DNA of 56,217 bases, filler included, from Sphacelaria rigidula (lineage: Eukaryota): assembly GCA_964200075.2 (NCBI GenBank). It is 5 parts of 5 records of this genome, joined end to end, with 100 filler letters (N's around TTAATTAATTAA, not from the genome) between each part and the next. Parts side by side here need not be neighbours in the genome. Positions count along the whole stretch, not along the records: positions 22,529 to 33,692 come from CAXNAA020005297.1; positions 33,793 to 44,955 come from CAXNAA020005298.1; 3 more parts are not named here. One strand, given 5' to 3'. The position numbers were made by a program, and so were the translations under genes. This document shows, piece after piece, positions 24,966 to 37,800 of this stretch. The notes below the pieces were generated by a model. It saw nothing but the letters and a program-made list of their open reading frames with translations, was not told the DNA's origin and did not search any database. How positions within the stretch are numbered: position 1 is the first letter of the stretch; every line of letters starts with the position of its first letter.

Positions 24966-25210
24966 CTGTCCACCCCCACCATCCGCCGGCACCACGCTGC
25001 GAGCGAATGGATCCCACGCGCCGCCCGCATTTCCCCCACTTGTACCGCCTGCAGCGGGGACCGGAGCAAAGCTTGTCTGACCAGAGAAAGGATCGTTCTG
25101 GTAGGCTGGCTGCTGTTGCTGCTGCTGGAATGGCTGCTGAGAGTAGTTCTGGTTGTTGCTGCTTTGGGTGGTCGTTAGAGCACCGCCGAAGCCACCACCG
25201 GCGCCGGCGC
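24966..25210 (-). CDS. Exon of a Q/G-rich protein with DPF motifs (endocytic-adaptor-like tail)
   Basis: ttttcctgctgcactcag acceptor, CAG|gtgcgt donor, 245 nt, phase 1/0; contains NDPF and WDPF. Confidence 0.85.
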
Positions 25211-26591
25211 CTGAGTGCAGCAGGAAAACAAAACAGCGGTGGTGTGCGACGGGGGTGGATATGTCAGATGAACTGAACGGGCATTCAAACGTGTGGAATG
25301 GAGGTCGTTTTGACCGTTTCACGGCGTACGCCTTCATTCTTGGATACATTTTTCTGCAGTAAAAAAGCCCAATTCTCTCGTGGTCGAAGTGCTTGCTGAA
25401 TACTCCATGATCCTTCTGGATACAGTAGCACCCGTCCACCGATCACTCAACAATGACGACTAGACATTACAGTATACCCCCCGCCCCCGCCCGCACTCGC
25501 TGTGTGTACTGTCATCGGTTCCGCCTCTCCGGCTGAATAAAATAATAAAAACGATCAACCAACCGATCGATCACAGGTGACAGAATTGGAGGCGTACCGC
25601 ATGCTGGTCGAGCAAGCTCACGATGTCATCTGTGCCCACACAACGGATGACCACGCCCTATTTCTGTTTGCGTCTACCGCCTTCAGCCGCCAGTTGGGAA
25701 TCGATCCCGAGGTATATATGTTTGTACGTAGGTAGGTACGTATCGTACAGTACGATAAAAGTACATACACAAAATGACAACAAGACACGAGCAGAAGCAC
25801 AAATATTTTCCACTGATTTTTACGTAATAGGCTTTGCGGAGGGCATGTTCCTGACGTTCCTGACGTTCCACAAATCTCTTTCCCCAGACAACATCGATAA
25901 AAGGTTATTTCTCACGACCAGTAGCTTGCTAGCTGTCTCGACCCCGGGAAGGGACTCACTCTCAGTAACTAGAACCATCAAGCTGTGTGTGCTCCGCACT
26001 ACCTCCACAAATCCAGACCCATCAACCATATAGTAGAGCGCCGACACAGCTCCCGCGATATTGCACCGCTAGGGCGGGGTCACCATCTGTGGAATAGGCA
26101 CAATTTTCACTTGAATAGCCCGAGGCCCAGTTGGCCCACCCTGGCAGTCAAACGGCTTACAGCGGTACTGTAGACCCGTGACGTTCCCATGTCTTCCTGC
26201 TTCTTTACGTGCACGCAGGTGCGGCACCGGATTTACTATGCGCATACTAAGTGAGTCTTTCACAGCATTCCATCAACATCGGAACACGAGACAAAGGGGG
26301 AAAGTCAATGACAGCGACTTCAAACCGTCGGATGTTTGACGTGACGACGTCTCACAGCAGTTAGGCGGGAAATATGAAACACTGAGACGGGCCAGAGCAG
26401 GGAAGCTTAGAGCAGGGGAGTACGCGAGAAGAGAGTGGAAAGAAGGAAAGCAGATGATCGCTCAGACCTTCTCCCTACTCACCGTCGCCTGTCGCGGGTC
26501 AATACTATACTAAATGCTATATACTATACCGCGGTATGGTCCGACCCGTACATATCTACAAGGGAAAAATCCAAAAGCGTCAGGCACGCAC

Positions 26592-26729
26592 CTCCGCCGT
26601 ACTGAGACTGCTGCTGTTGCTGCTGTCCGAAGGGATTATTGTTGTTACTGTTGTTGTAGGATGTCCCCGAAGACTGGGAGGATGGCAAGGCCAGTAGCTC
26701 CCCGCCTGCTTGCTGCTGCTGTGGTTGGG
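26592..26729 (-). CDS. Exon of the Q/G-rich DPF/NPF protein
   Basis: gctcag acceptor, GAG|gtgcgt donor, 138 nt, phase 1/1; contains NNPF. Confidence 0.85.
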
Positions 26730-27885
26730 CTGAGCGCACTCGACATAAGAGTTGAAAGTTTGGGGGGGAGAACAATAACCGAAACGACGGTTAGGTGCAG
26801 GAAAGATGGTCAGCCATCACCAATTTTCGACTGCACAACATGGGGGAAAAGGATGAAAAAAAAGGAAAAAAAACAACATTTTGGACGCAACATGATTCTC
26901 TAATATTATTTTTGCCCGAGAAGCGCTGGGGCTTGGTCCTTTGGCTGTCGAGGAGAAGTTGCACCGAACATCACAGAGGGCAGAACGAGAACAGCTCATG
27001 TACTCATAGCAAAACGTTTGATCATCGTTCACCGTTCATGCATCTTCAGGTCGACTCCTGCGCTCACTACCGTGGAGCGAGTATGACTTATCATGAGTTT
27101 TAACTTTTCACTTTCAGTTTTTTTGTTACCCAGGTCGCCCGACGTGGCGGTAAACTGGGTAAGGCGAATGCATTTCTACTCGCGTACATCAAATCTGTGC
27201 GGTGGACAGTCATGCACACCATGAGCGGCGGTGCTTACAAGGTGGACCAAAGGCTGCACAGGACCTATCATGCTGGGCTTCACTTTCAAGTGTGATAGTC
27301 TGATAGTCTAGCGGACGCCGTTGTGATCGATGCATCGACAACAGCAGTAGCGGTCCGTTAATAAGAAACAAGAGATCAGGCTCAGCATTGGTTACTCATT
27401 TGATGCCATCGTAATGGATATAGTGTAGCGGTTGTCACTGGGGCTGAACACCGTCTTAATTTCTTGGAATTATGAAACTGATCTTCTCACAGCCTCGTTC
27501 TTATGAGCGGACAGCTACTCTAATACGTACAATACGATCCATTTGCTGTGAATGCTCATGACAATAAACAGCTCATGATAAAGCCAATTTCGGGGGGTCG
27601 ATTCTATACACCAACGGCCGACCGCTGAATAGTTCTCCGGTTCATTTCGGAACAGCTAAGAACAGGTCCGAACCAGAACCGATATGGTTTTTCATGTGTA
27701 CAGAGCGAAGCTGTCAACATTCACTACGAAATCACTCCGCAAGTGCTTCGTTTTTGGGAGACCTACTTGGCCATGTGTCCGCGTAAATCAGCTATCGGGA
27801 CTTGCCGGATCCAGATATATGTTCCTGCGCAGCTATTTCGAGCAGAGGGAGCACTACCCCCTGAAAGTAATGCAAAGCGAATTTT

Positions 27886-28280
27886 CCGAGGGTAGGTCAG
27901 GTAAGGTATGTACTTTTGAATTTTCGGGTAATATACGCGGGTATTTACTCTGGCCAAGTTTTGATAAAATTGAGTGCGGCCTCACATTTTCTACTTCGGG
28001 TAGATTGGGTTCGGCCTCAAATATTCTACCCAAGTATTGGGTAAGCACTGTCATTCATACCCGGGTATAGAGTATCAATTGGGTATGACCTCTGTAATCC
28101 ACCCAAATGAGTAAGACCTCAATTACTCTGCCGAATTTTTGGGTAGATTGGGGTACTATCTCAAACGCTTTACTCAAGTGTTGGATATGTTGGGTATGAT
28201 CTGAAATACTCTCATCAAAAGTTTGAGTACTTTAGGCAGTTGGGGTACGATTTCAAAACTTCGCCCAAATATTGGGTAAG
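27886..28280. mobile_element. TACCC/GGGTA-rich MITE-like repeat (partial)
   Basis: Start GGGTAGGTCAGGTAAGGTATGTACTTTTGAA matches 28956ff; many TTGGGTA/TACCCAA subrepeats. Confidence 0.7.
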
Positions 28281-28544
28281 GCCGCGTCTTAGCACATCAT
28301 ATTCCACTTGTTACAAGAGTGCGGTGGAATTGACTTCAGTGAACTCCTTTGCTTCTCGCGAGTTGGGTCTAGGCGAATTTGCAAGCTTTTGATCGGAGAA
28401 AGATTGAAATTCGTGAAGCGGCACTTGTTCGCTTGTCTACAGTACAGTGCAGTACTATACTGCCCGCAGAGTATTCATAGTGTGCATGAGTGCATGAGTG
28501 CCTGTGTGTGTGTGTGCGCGTGTTGCGTACAGTAGGATGTTGAA

Positions 28545-28860
28545 GACATGGGGGCAACGTGCAGTGCAGACAGCGCAGGAATTTCGGTACTCTTTGCTTA
28601 CAATTCGACGTGAAAGGGAGTTTAACAACTTGCAGCTTTGTACTGTCTGCAATGTTCATGAGTGTACGCAAGCCGGGCGTCCACCCTACCACGCAGTTCC
28701 GTCACCAATCCCCACCATGAAAAAGATGAGCAAGTTTTGGTCAACAAGGGATCAACACATCATGCGCAACTACTGTAGTGTATCTATCCCTGTGCCCAAC
28801 TCGTGCTCTATGCAGCAGGGTTGCGATAGTAGCTGAGAATGAGTTGTGAGGGATTTGCAT
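28545..28860 (-). repeat. Dispersed repeat homologous to 10575-10935
   Basis: Reverse-complement similarity blocks, as listed for the partner copy. Confidence 0.75.
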
Positions 28861-28955
28861 GGTTTGTGAGTGGGTGGTATCTGGCGTGGCGGTCTGAAAG
28901 ACGGGAGTCAACTGCCCCTACGTACTTTTCATCCGCATGTTTTCGATGGGAAAAG

Positions 28956-29243
28956 CCAAGGCCAGGTCGAGTGGGGTATGTACTTTTGAAGACTCGGGTC
29001 AGATACCCCGGTATTAGCTCAATCCAAGATTTGGGTAGATTGGGTACAACCTCTAAGACTCTACCCAAATATGGGGTAAGCGTCCTCAGCAATACCTAGG
29101 TGTAGGGTATAACTTGGTTATGACGTCATTATCATACCCAAATTTTGGGTATATTGGGGATGATCTTAAATATTGGGGTCCTGAGAGTATTGACTTTTGA
29201 AAAATACCTAGTTTTGGGTATACCCTACCCGATCTGCCCTTGG
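28956..29243. mobile_element. MITE with ~24-bp TIRs (CCAAGG...CCTTGG), TACCC-rich
   Basis: CCAAGGCCAGGTCGAGTGGGGTAT versus ATACCCTACCCGATCTGCCCTTGG; no clear TSD. Confidence 0.8.
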
Positions 29244-29952
29244 ATTTCTCTTCCACAAGAAAAAACTCTAAGCGCACAGAAAATTGCTGCGGCATTCCTC
29301 AGAGCTCTAGACGTGGACTCGTACTCGTACCTCTTGAGGCGCACGATCTGCCGTTTTTACGTGGAATGTCGACATGAGAATCAACATGATGATTGCCGCT
29401 CTAACGTGAAATAAAATAGGTTTCAAACTTTGTACTGATTTTTTTTAACGTGCACGGAATGAATTAAAATCGTTGTACTTCCTCCGTGGCCCGTGGCGGG
29501 GATGGGGGTACATCGCAGGAGGAGAGAAACAGCCTGGTTATTTCTTGCTTTCCCTTCCAAGGCCAAAATAATTCTGCGCTCTCACAGGCCTGCATCTCAA
29601 ACTGGAAGCACTCGCAAACGTCTGCCAAGATCAGTCCAAGCACAGTGCTCCCGTACTATATATTGTACTGTGTATTGTCTGTTGACCGCAAATTGATGGC
29701 TTCTTTTGGGCTTCAATATAATCAGGTGTTACATTGGCAAAAAGTGTACTGCGTACAGCATCAAATACTGCGCTTATTAGCAGTAAACTCTTCCCCGATG
29801 TCATCAAATGCCCAGGGTGTGGACAACAGCGAGGTGACTTTTAGTATCATACTGTTCCGAAACGACCATCAGGGCGTTGTGACAGTACTCAGAGAAAAGC
29901 CAAAACACACCACTTTTCAGTCTTCGATGATCCCACGAAGCTTACAGCTCAC

Positions 29953-30064
29953 CCGCAGTGGAACCGTACGGCACCAGAGCTTGGGTCTGCGCTGGCTGCT
30001 GCTGCTGCTGCTGCACACCGAACCCTCCTCCAGCCCCCTGCGCACCTCCGTACATGCCACCTCC
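29953..30064 (-). CDS. Exon of the Q/G-rich DPF/NPF protein
   Basis: ttttttttgtcgtgccag acceptor, G|gtgagc donor, 112 nt, phase 0/1; GGGMYGGAQG...ALVPYGSTA. Confidence 0.85.
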
Positions 30065-30957
30065 CTGGCACGACAAAAAAAACGTCACGTCTCGTCACGT
30101 CACGTCTAAATACAAACTTACCCCACGAAAACAACAACAGAGCAAAGATCGTCCTTAAATGGGCTTCGAACGCAAGCTATTGCGTCTGGTACAGCACCCG
30201 TTGGGCATGTTGATCAAACGGTCTCGACCGAATCCAAACATGGGGAAGATGCACACGTTGAAGGAATGCAAGATTCGTGGATGAACCCTCCACGAATCAT
30301 TCGTGGTTTGGTTCGTACGTGAGGTTGCTTTCAGGTCTTTAGCATCGCATACAGAGAGGTGTGTACGACGTACATGATGAGCGCCAGGCACGAATCACAG
30401 GCGGGAAAAAAATATGTGGAACGATACGAGTTACGAATGATCCAAGAATAATTCGGGACCAAGTGGCGCTGATGATTCGCCACGTCTCCATGGTCTCACC
30501 TGATACATGAGCGACTACTAAAACCACTTAGCAATGCAATGCGGCAAGTGAAGGCGAAACAATACGCGTTCGGATTCCGACAGATGTGGTATGTTCGAGC
30601 AGAATCGCTTCCCCGCTGTTGGGGGCGTGAGAAGGTGAATAGCAAACAACGTTCAATATTCACTCGACAAAGAACGGCAGCGCTGATCCATTCCGCGATA
30701 TCGAAAAGTGAAGCTGGGATCAGACAGGGGGACAGTTGGGTTGATCGCTCAAGTCGATGGCAAAGACTGATCCCGGGGAGCGGAAGGGCTGACAACTTAC
30801 AAAGGTCGGATAAGAATTACTCTCGTCCAAAGTTACTTGTTACCAGTGTAATTGATTCGTACCGCACGAATCAATCGTGGGTTGGCTTTGTTTTCAGCAT
30901 GACACCCCAGGTAAGCGCACCCCAGACACGTGGGATAGCGCCAAAATTGTGTCAAGA

Positions 30958-31158
30958 GGTCAGACAATTTCACACCCTGGACAATGACAACATGTGATCA
31001 ATAGATGGAACAGACAAAAATGTCCTGGGTAAAGTATGGACCTATTGCATCTATAGTCGACCTACAATACTTGCAGTAGACCTATACTTTTCCCAGTACA
31101 TTTTTCGTATGTTGCATCTTTTGATAATCTTTTGTAGAGGGTGTGGACAATTTTGACC
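30958..31158. mobile_element. Foldback MITE (~200 bp)
   Basis: ~90-bp imperfect arms, e.g. AAAAATGTCCTGGGTAAAGTAT vs ATACTTTTCCCAGTACATTTTT and CACACCCT vs AGGGTGTG. Confidence 0.8.
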
Positions 31159-31345
31159 CACGGTCACCGTGCTTCTCTCTTCCGACCAATCAGGTCTCAG
31201 GAATCACAGATTTGCTTATTCGAGGGAGCGAAAATTATCCACATGATCGAGCGAAAATATCATCCGCACACTTCCGGTAACAACCCTCAGCTTGATCTGC
31301 GGGACTACCTTGATGACAATATTGTGCATCAAAACACCAGCTTAA

Positions 31346-31504
31346 CCCTTTTGGGACCGGATTCCCAGAAACATGTGGTTTGCACGCAGGGGCCTGTTGT
31401 GAATCGGCGTCATTTTCATTCGTTTTCAAGTAAAAATGATGTCGGTTCACGGAAAAGCACCCGCGTGTAAAACACATGTTTCTGGGAGTCCGGTCCCAAA
31501 AGGG
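31346..31504. mobile_element. piggyBac-type MITE
   Basis: TTAA|CCCTTTTGGGACCGGATTCCCAGAAACATGTG ... CACATGTTTCTGGGAGTCCGGTCCCAAAAGGG|TTAA: TTAA duplication plus CCC/GGG termini. Confidence 0.93.
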
Positions 31505-32351
31505 TTAACGTTGCTGTTCGCCCACGTTGATATATACATGTTCATGTACGTTCGGGGTGGGCGATGACTCCAAGGTAGAACAATTTTTCCGAGTTGGATT
31601 CGAATACGACAGGTCCATCTTGAACGTTGACAACCAACTCTAGATACTACTACACACAGTATTGTACCGACTGCCGTCAAGACTAAATAGCACGGCTCTG
31701 AGTAATGTCCAACGTATTCTGGAAGGAGACTTTTTGCGTCCCCGACAGAACGGCTTTAAGGTAGCCAACCGTGCAAATCATGCCTGCACCACGGCTGACA
31801 AATAATACTTCACGACAGCCCTACCTCGTGAAGTACAGTATGTCTTCAAACAAAAAAAGGTCGCGCATAAGCAGCATGCGCATAAGTGCACTCGAAACTG
31901 AAACTTACAAAAAATGGTGGGCATAAAAACAGCTACGTACAACTCAACAGAAATAAAAATAGAAACCACTAGGAACTGTAAAGTACGACCGATATTATAC
32001 AAGCATCAAACGGGTACGATACATGGTGCGGTATGGAGAAGTGGCACCGATACGACTGGTTTTTTCGCTAACGGCTTCTATAACCCATCTAAAGTACGAT
32101 GCGCAGACCCATTATCCAACGGATAAGTCAGTCAAACACGAACGGTCTTGCGCCCTCGCCTGTGGACGAACGGCGCAACCACCCATGATATTGCCAGCCG
32201 GAAATCGCGACAACATCGCCATACTCTAGACGTAGATTCGGTCGATTCGATTGATCAATTGTTGCACATTAAATGATCCCATTAGACCCAGCCTTGATCA
32301 GCTTGGTCACAACCCGTCAAAAGCACCCAGTTTGCGTCCGCTGGTACGTAC

Positions 32352-32575
32352 CTGCTGAGGTTGTTGTTGTTGCTGCTGCTGGGGCCACTGCCGTGTCTGC
32401 TGCTGTTGCTGCTGCTGCTGCCCTGCAGTACCATAACCGCCCCCCGCGTTATACCCAGCCCCGCCGCCTCCGCCTTGAGCGCCGAAAGATTGCTGCGATT
32501 GCTGCGATTGCTGCTTCTGAAGAGGCACCAACGCACCCGACATGACGCCTCCAGGCGCGAAGGGGTCTGCCGTAG
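32352..32575 (-). CDS. Most 5' visible exon of the Q/G-rich DPF/NPF protein (earlier exons not found in the window)
   Basis: gcgcag acceptor, CAG|gtacgt donor, 224 nt, phase 1/0; TADPFAPGG...polyQ. Confidence 0.85.
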
Positions 32576-33189
32576 CTGCGCGCGAACCAGAGTGGAGTGC
32601 AGGACCCAGGATGGGAATAGTGCATCAAGGATACCAGTATGCAATTTTTCAGGGCTGTTGTTAGCCCAGCATGTTTTGCTCACGTCTGAATGTACGGTAC
32701 GTTTCGTTTGTTTCTCCCCGTCAGAACAACGTATATTTATATATATCGCCCATCTCTCTCTCCACTCGAGCCATGAATCATGCGCGTGATGTTGGTTGGT
32801 CCATTTAAGTTGCTCAGTCTACCGTAAAAGTGAGCACAGCACAGCTATTCATGGGCTCGTGGCGCATACACTCAACAAGAACCAGCCAAAGAATGGATGA
32901 ATCAATGACCATCGAGACATCAAGACAGCCGCCGCGCCCCGACGGTGCGCGTACATCGACATCGGCACGAACTAAGCTTCGACAGACTGTGAGGGTTTGA
33001 ATATCATCACCAAGATAGTCTTTCGTTTCTGTCACACCAACACGTTACAGAGAGGCTTCACAGAGTAATGATTTGAAACTTCACCTGCTACGAGTACCGC
33101 GGGAGTGATCATGATGATTATGAATATGATAATGGTTGCATGATCACTGTCATTATCATCACCATCATCAATATTTTTTTTAATTTCCG

Positions 33190-33240
33190 AAGGTTAGCCC
33201 GACCTCTCGAACCTGTGGTCACAGACGTAGGCTCGCCTTT
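33190..33240 (-). repeat. Short dispersed repeat; partner at 35876-35920 (+)
   Basis: GAGCCTACGTCTGTGACCAC..GTCGAGAG.TCGG is shared between the two sites. Confidence 0.6.
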
Positions 33241-33692
33241 CCAGTACAATTACTTTTCTTCCACGAGATAGAAGCGCTCATGAGGTAGACTATTGTTGAA
33301 ATATGAATCATAGCTCAATGTGGGGTTGGGGCTCACGGAATACACGGTATGCTGATGCCATTTGCGGGTAGCACTCCTCACAACATATAAAATATGGATC
33401 TCGCGGACATTGTCGTATGATATAGATACACGCTTGGCAACAGTCGGGCGGGGGTCGGACCTCCCTGTTTGCAACATAATTCACGAAATGGTTGGAAATA
33501 ACGATTTTTACTTGATTTTAGAGTGAACACCGTTATTTGGATCTTTGGAGAGGCTGACAGTACCACGTGCTCTCAGCTCCCTCAAAACAGGTTTTTATTC
33601 CAGTTGACGCTGCCGGCGCCAATTTGAGGTCTGCGAACGTAAACTTGCATACGTCGGACGAGCCATCACTCGTCGAGACGAGTGCACTCGTT

Positions 33693-33792
33693 NNNNNNNN
33701 NNNNNNNNNNNNNNNNNNNNNNNNNNNNNNNNNNNNTTAATTAATTAANNNNNNNNNNNNNNNNNNNNNNNNNNNNNNNNNNNNNNNNNNNN
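33693..33792. other. Artificial 100-bp spacer
   Basis: N44-TTAATTAATTAA-N44. Confidence 0.99.
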
Positions 33793-33841
33793 GTGATTCC
33801 GAATCGTAATTTGCACGAAAACGTCATACGAATCGCAACAC

Positions 33842-34169
33842 CAAAGGTGTGTTGGGTGGGGTTATATCCTACATGTTGATATATTTTAAAGATCGTACCT
33901 TATTGCTAGCCCGTGACCACGGAAGGCGTCCGCATCAGATGCCCAGTACGAATGTACTGCGTAGATATCGGAACGGTTTTTAATGGGAAGTCAACAACAA
34001 CAACAACAACAGCAGCAGCAACCCTTGAAATACCCAAGACTTGGGCATAGTATTGAGATTGTACTCGTCGATGCTAAGATTTTCGGGAAGAGTGTGGAGA
34101 TCGGACCATCGCAACACAAAATTCGGGAGGGTAAATACCCGGGTATTTACCCTACCCAACACACCCTTG
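33842..34169. mobile_element. TACCC-family MITE interrupted by a (CAA)n-tailed retroposon end
   Basis: TIRs CAAAGGTGTGTTGGGTGGGGT / ACCCTACCCAACACACCCTTG; uninterrupted relative at 42588-42788. Confidence 0.8.
33900..34021 (+). mobile_element. 3' end of a non-LTR retroposon with a (CAA)n tail
   Basis: ATGTACTGCGTAGATATCGGAACGGTTTTTAATGGGAAG+(CAA)n; the same terminus occurs at 45056-45121. Confidence 0.8.
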
Positions 34170-34257
34170 AAATATTGCTATTAATAATACCCTCCCCCTG
34201 TACGCTGGGAATGCGGGATCCCCTACCCATTGATTGGTTGTAGTCATCGTTTTCTAG

Positions 34258-34565
34258 GGGGGGGAGGGGGAGTAGTCATAATTTTGCATGCCACAGCCAT
34301 ATGATCGTTGACCTCCCATCCCTACAAACCCGGGACGGACCACGCCGGGTTTTGGCCGGACCAGGCTTGCAATCAATCACCAAGCGCGAAAGCGCCGTGA
34401 TGTGCTCGGCGAGTCGCATGAAGGGTGGGCTGCATCCTGCTATGATTGTTCGGCCCGAAGCGTACTGACTGTCTTGTATTGGATTACAGCCTGCAATGAG
34501 TTGTTTCATTTTCTGCTGTCGTCACGTCCAGAGACAATCCCGCCTACACACTGCCTCATGAGTGT
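34258..34565 (-). mobile_element. 5'-truncated copy of the poly(C)-flanked retroposon-like family
   Basis: Reverse complement aligns to 43610-43910; G-runs on both sides. Confidence 0.85.
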
Positions 34566-34660
34566 TTTGGGGGGATGGGGGGGTGGCGTTGGGGGCATGC
34601 TTGCAACTCCTACCCTTCCTCGGGACGAGCCCGTGAACTCCAGGGATCAACCCATCTCTA

Positions 34661-34691
<31 letters not shown>

Positions 34692-34802
34692 CTCCACCCC
34701 CCGACCCACNNNNNNNNNNTGCTCTTCCGCCCCCTCCCCCCCCGCGGCCGCCCCCGCGCCCCCCCCCCGCCCCACCCCCCCCCCCCCCCCCCCCCCCCCC
34801 CC
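34661..34802. repeat. Poly(C) low-complexity tract with a 10-N assembly gap (34710-34719)
   Basis: Directly visible. Confidence 0.95.
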
Positions 34803-37800
34803 TTTTCTTTTTTCCTTGAAGGAAGGAGGAAACCTCACGCGATAGGTACCCCGCGAGTGAGTTCGTGCCCCGATTACTCCCCCTGTTCAAGCCTCGCATT
34901 TTGATATCGCGGGTTGGATCAGCCCTCCGTTAATCGCGTCGACTCCCGTCAAAGAATCCCACTTTGGTTTGTCACAACCTCATGTTTTCAACGACAGGCA
35001 AGGAATCAGACATTTCTTTATTAAAAAAAACAAATGCGATTACCGCGAATCCAACCCGTCCTTTTTTCGACCCAACAACAGTGACGTGTAGTAAGTGGCA
35101 CCACTGGACCACCGGGGCGCGGAGACAGATTATTCCTTCCCCTGTCGTTACTCATAAAAAGTAAGGCAGCCCTCCCAAATCCCCAACAGCAGAGTGTTTT
35201 ACATGTTCGCTACGCTCATCTTTCTCGATTTGCGGGTGATGGTACGTAGCTGTTGGCGCACATGCAGCAGCGGCCCGATCATAAGAAAGCGAGGTCGTGA
35301 GAATCTCCAGCTGAAATTTTTCCGAAGAAAAAAAAGGTGTTTCAGCCTCAGCGACGATCGCTTCATCACGTGCAATAGAGGAACTCAGGCCGATGCATCA
35401 GATGAGAAACTCAGGCTGAGCTTGATTTTCGGTTCCTTGTGAGCGGGCCGCTATCGTACGCCTGATACCACCTACGGGGCGACAAGCGTCCAAAACCCCT
35501 GCCGGACGAGAACATCGTGGCGACCGCACGGCCGAATTCGATGTCATTGGACGTACGCCGCCGTCATCTCGTGACGGGCAGCGCATGAGTAAAGGGTCAC
35601 GCCCTGAACAATATATTACATCGTCAAAAACAAAGTGTACTACGTGCAGTATCGACCATTGCGCCTCTTGCAATAGACAAACAGATTCCATACTGTACGC
35701 AGTACACTCTTTGCTGACAATATCATCTCCTGCCCAGAGGATGTAGATCGTACGGGATTTAGATCCTCGATAATCTCCTGGCTGCTGTGCATGCCCTCAT
35801 CACCCCTGACGCCGTACAACAAGATAACTATATTTGCCGTGTTATGTAAGGAATAGCAAGGACAGTATTAGGAATACGAGCCTACGTCTGTGACCACGCG
35901 GTCGAGAGATCGGACTCATGTGCGGAAATGATACTAGTAAAATAATGTGGCTACTGCGGTACACAACAAGGCACATCGGAAATACCAAAAACACAACAAA
36001 GCATGACACAGCACAACACGACGTGCAGCCAAAACGAAGCCACAGCGCTCCAGTTCCTATAGGCCAGCTACAGGAGATACGGACTGCTACTATTCAAGAA
36101 ACACGTGAATTAAACACTAAGCCGTGGTATTCGGAGGGAAAGGGTATATAAAGGTGTATATATATATATATATGAAACCCGACATGAAGAAACGGGACAT
36201 ACTTTGAGTTTGCGGGCCGGACGCTAATTTTTTTTCCCAGGAACACAGACAATGCAGGCCCAGCATCTCGATATTCAAGACAGTAAGCCTTGGCCAAAGG
36301 TCATGATTCTTGAAGCGCGATCCGTGTCTTCAGTGCACAAGGTGTTGAGTGACACTGTTATTCCTCTGGGGGGGAAGGTTCTCGAAGGTAATCAACCTCG
36401 AGTTTCGCGCCAAGAAGGCGGCGATACTCCTGCAGTCTTGTAGCAGTGAAACCTGCACCACCAGAGATATCGTTGATGATGCTCTCGCGCACTGTGCGTG
36501 GGTTCTTTCTCGGTAGTTCGTGGCCATTCCTTCAAAGAGTATCGAGAAGAAATGGATAACTAACCGTGGGCAACCACGGGGTCTCTCTCGACACGATCTG
36601 GTGCACTGCGAACATCGCTCGTACGGATGCCCAGATGAAATAATCACGAGCAAAATTCACGCCACATTTACGCGAGTACAACCCATATGTAGTAACACAG
36701 GCGAGTGGAAAACGAAGTAGAAAAGGAGGCGCTACAGTAGCGATTGGCTTCTACCTCGACTGGCGAATGGATTCCTTGCAGATACGGACGAAGTGTAGCT
36801 CGCTTCTCAAAATATTGGCGGCCGATACTTCCTCTGTTCCAGCAGTTTCGATGGTTGTGGGGTGCAGGTCGCATCTCCCGATCGGAGGTGCTTCCGACGC
36901 TATAGTTAGGATCGGTGAGGAGATGAAAATATGGAGAGGCTAACATAACAAGCGAAAATGAAAAGATGAAAAGTGTTATGTACATAGTTTCGGGGCAGAA
37001 TTAAACCCATTTTTCATCATTTCGAATCCGGGTATGGCCAAATTCGACCGATTTTTTGCCACTTTCGTGCAGGACAAAAGTGATAGCGTGACCAAATTGT
37101 TGGGACGAGACGTAGCTAGCCTCTCTACCAGACGCGAGCGAAAATCAAGAGTTTCCAGCTTCATTTCTTTGCCATTCTTGCTGGCTCTTTTTCTCGCGCC
37201 CGGACAAGGGGCGAAATACCGCCTTTGTCTGGCCGACTGACTTTTTAGCGACCGTTCGGTCGCATGGGTCAAGTGCCAAACGGTCAAAAAGTTACATTGG
37301 TTTTAACGATAAAAAAAGCCGAAGAATGCAACAACAAAAAACTAGATCAAATCGGGCACGGCTAAGGGGCCGTACAAACATGACCACCCAGTAAAAAGAC
37401 ATGTTACTTACTTACTGTTACCTCCAACACCGGGCGCCCGACGTGGCCTACATGCACAGCCTAGTGGGCTGCACATTCGCCATTACGAGAACTTGGACCT
37501 CTTTTTGGTATCGCCTGTGCTGTGCGCGTAGATGTGCGTATCCTTGAATATCGGGCGGTCGACCACGCTGATCTCCCTACATTAGCATACATGTAACACC
37601 TACATGTGAAATTCATGCGGGTCGTCGACATTGGTCTGCGCTTTACACAAGCATGCGCTACAACCCGAACGTGAGGCAGACCGCAGCTCAGGCGATCCCA
37701 GAGAACGCCAACAATCGGCACAGCAGATGCTACTACCGACTGCCGAATGCCGGTACTCCTCAGTGCCAGGCACTGCCTGTACCGAGTACTTTGGAGGCGT

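Noticed and set aside
18628..32575. Joining the segment 3 and segment 2 minus-strand exons into one gene
   Set aside because: They are separated by a synthetic spacer, and each has its own plausible stop or start.
34402..34904. Pro-rich/Gly-rich ORFs (formin or extensin-like)
   Set aside because: They are translations of a poly(C) tract spanning an assembly gap.
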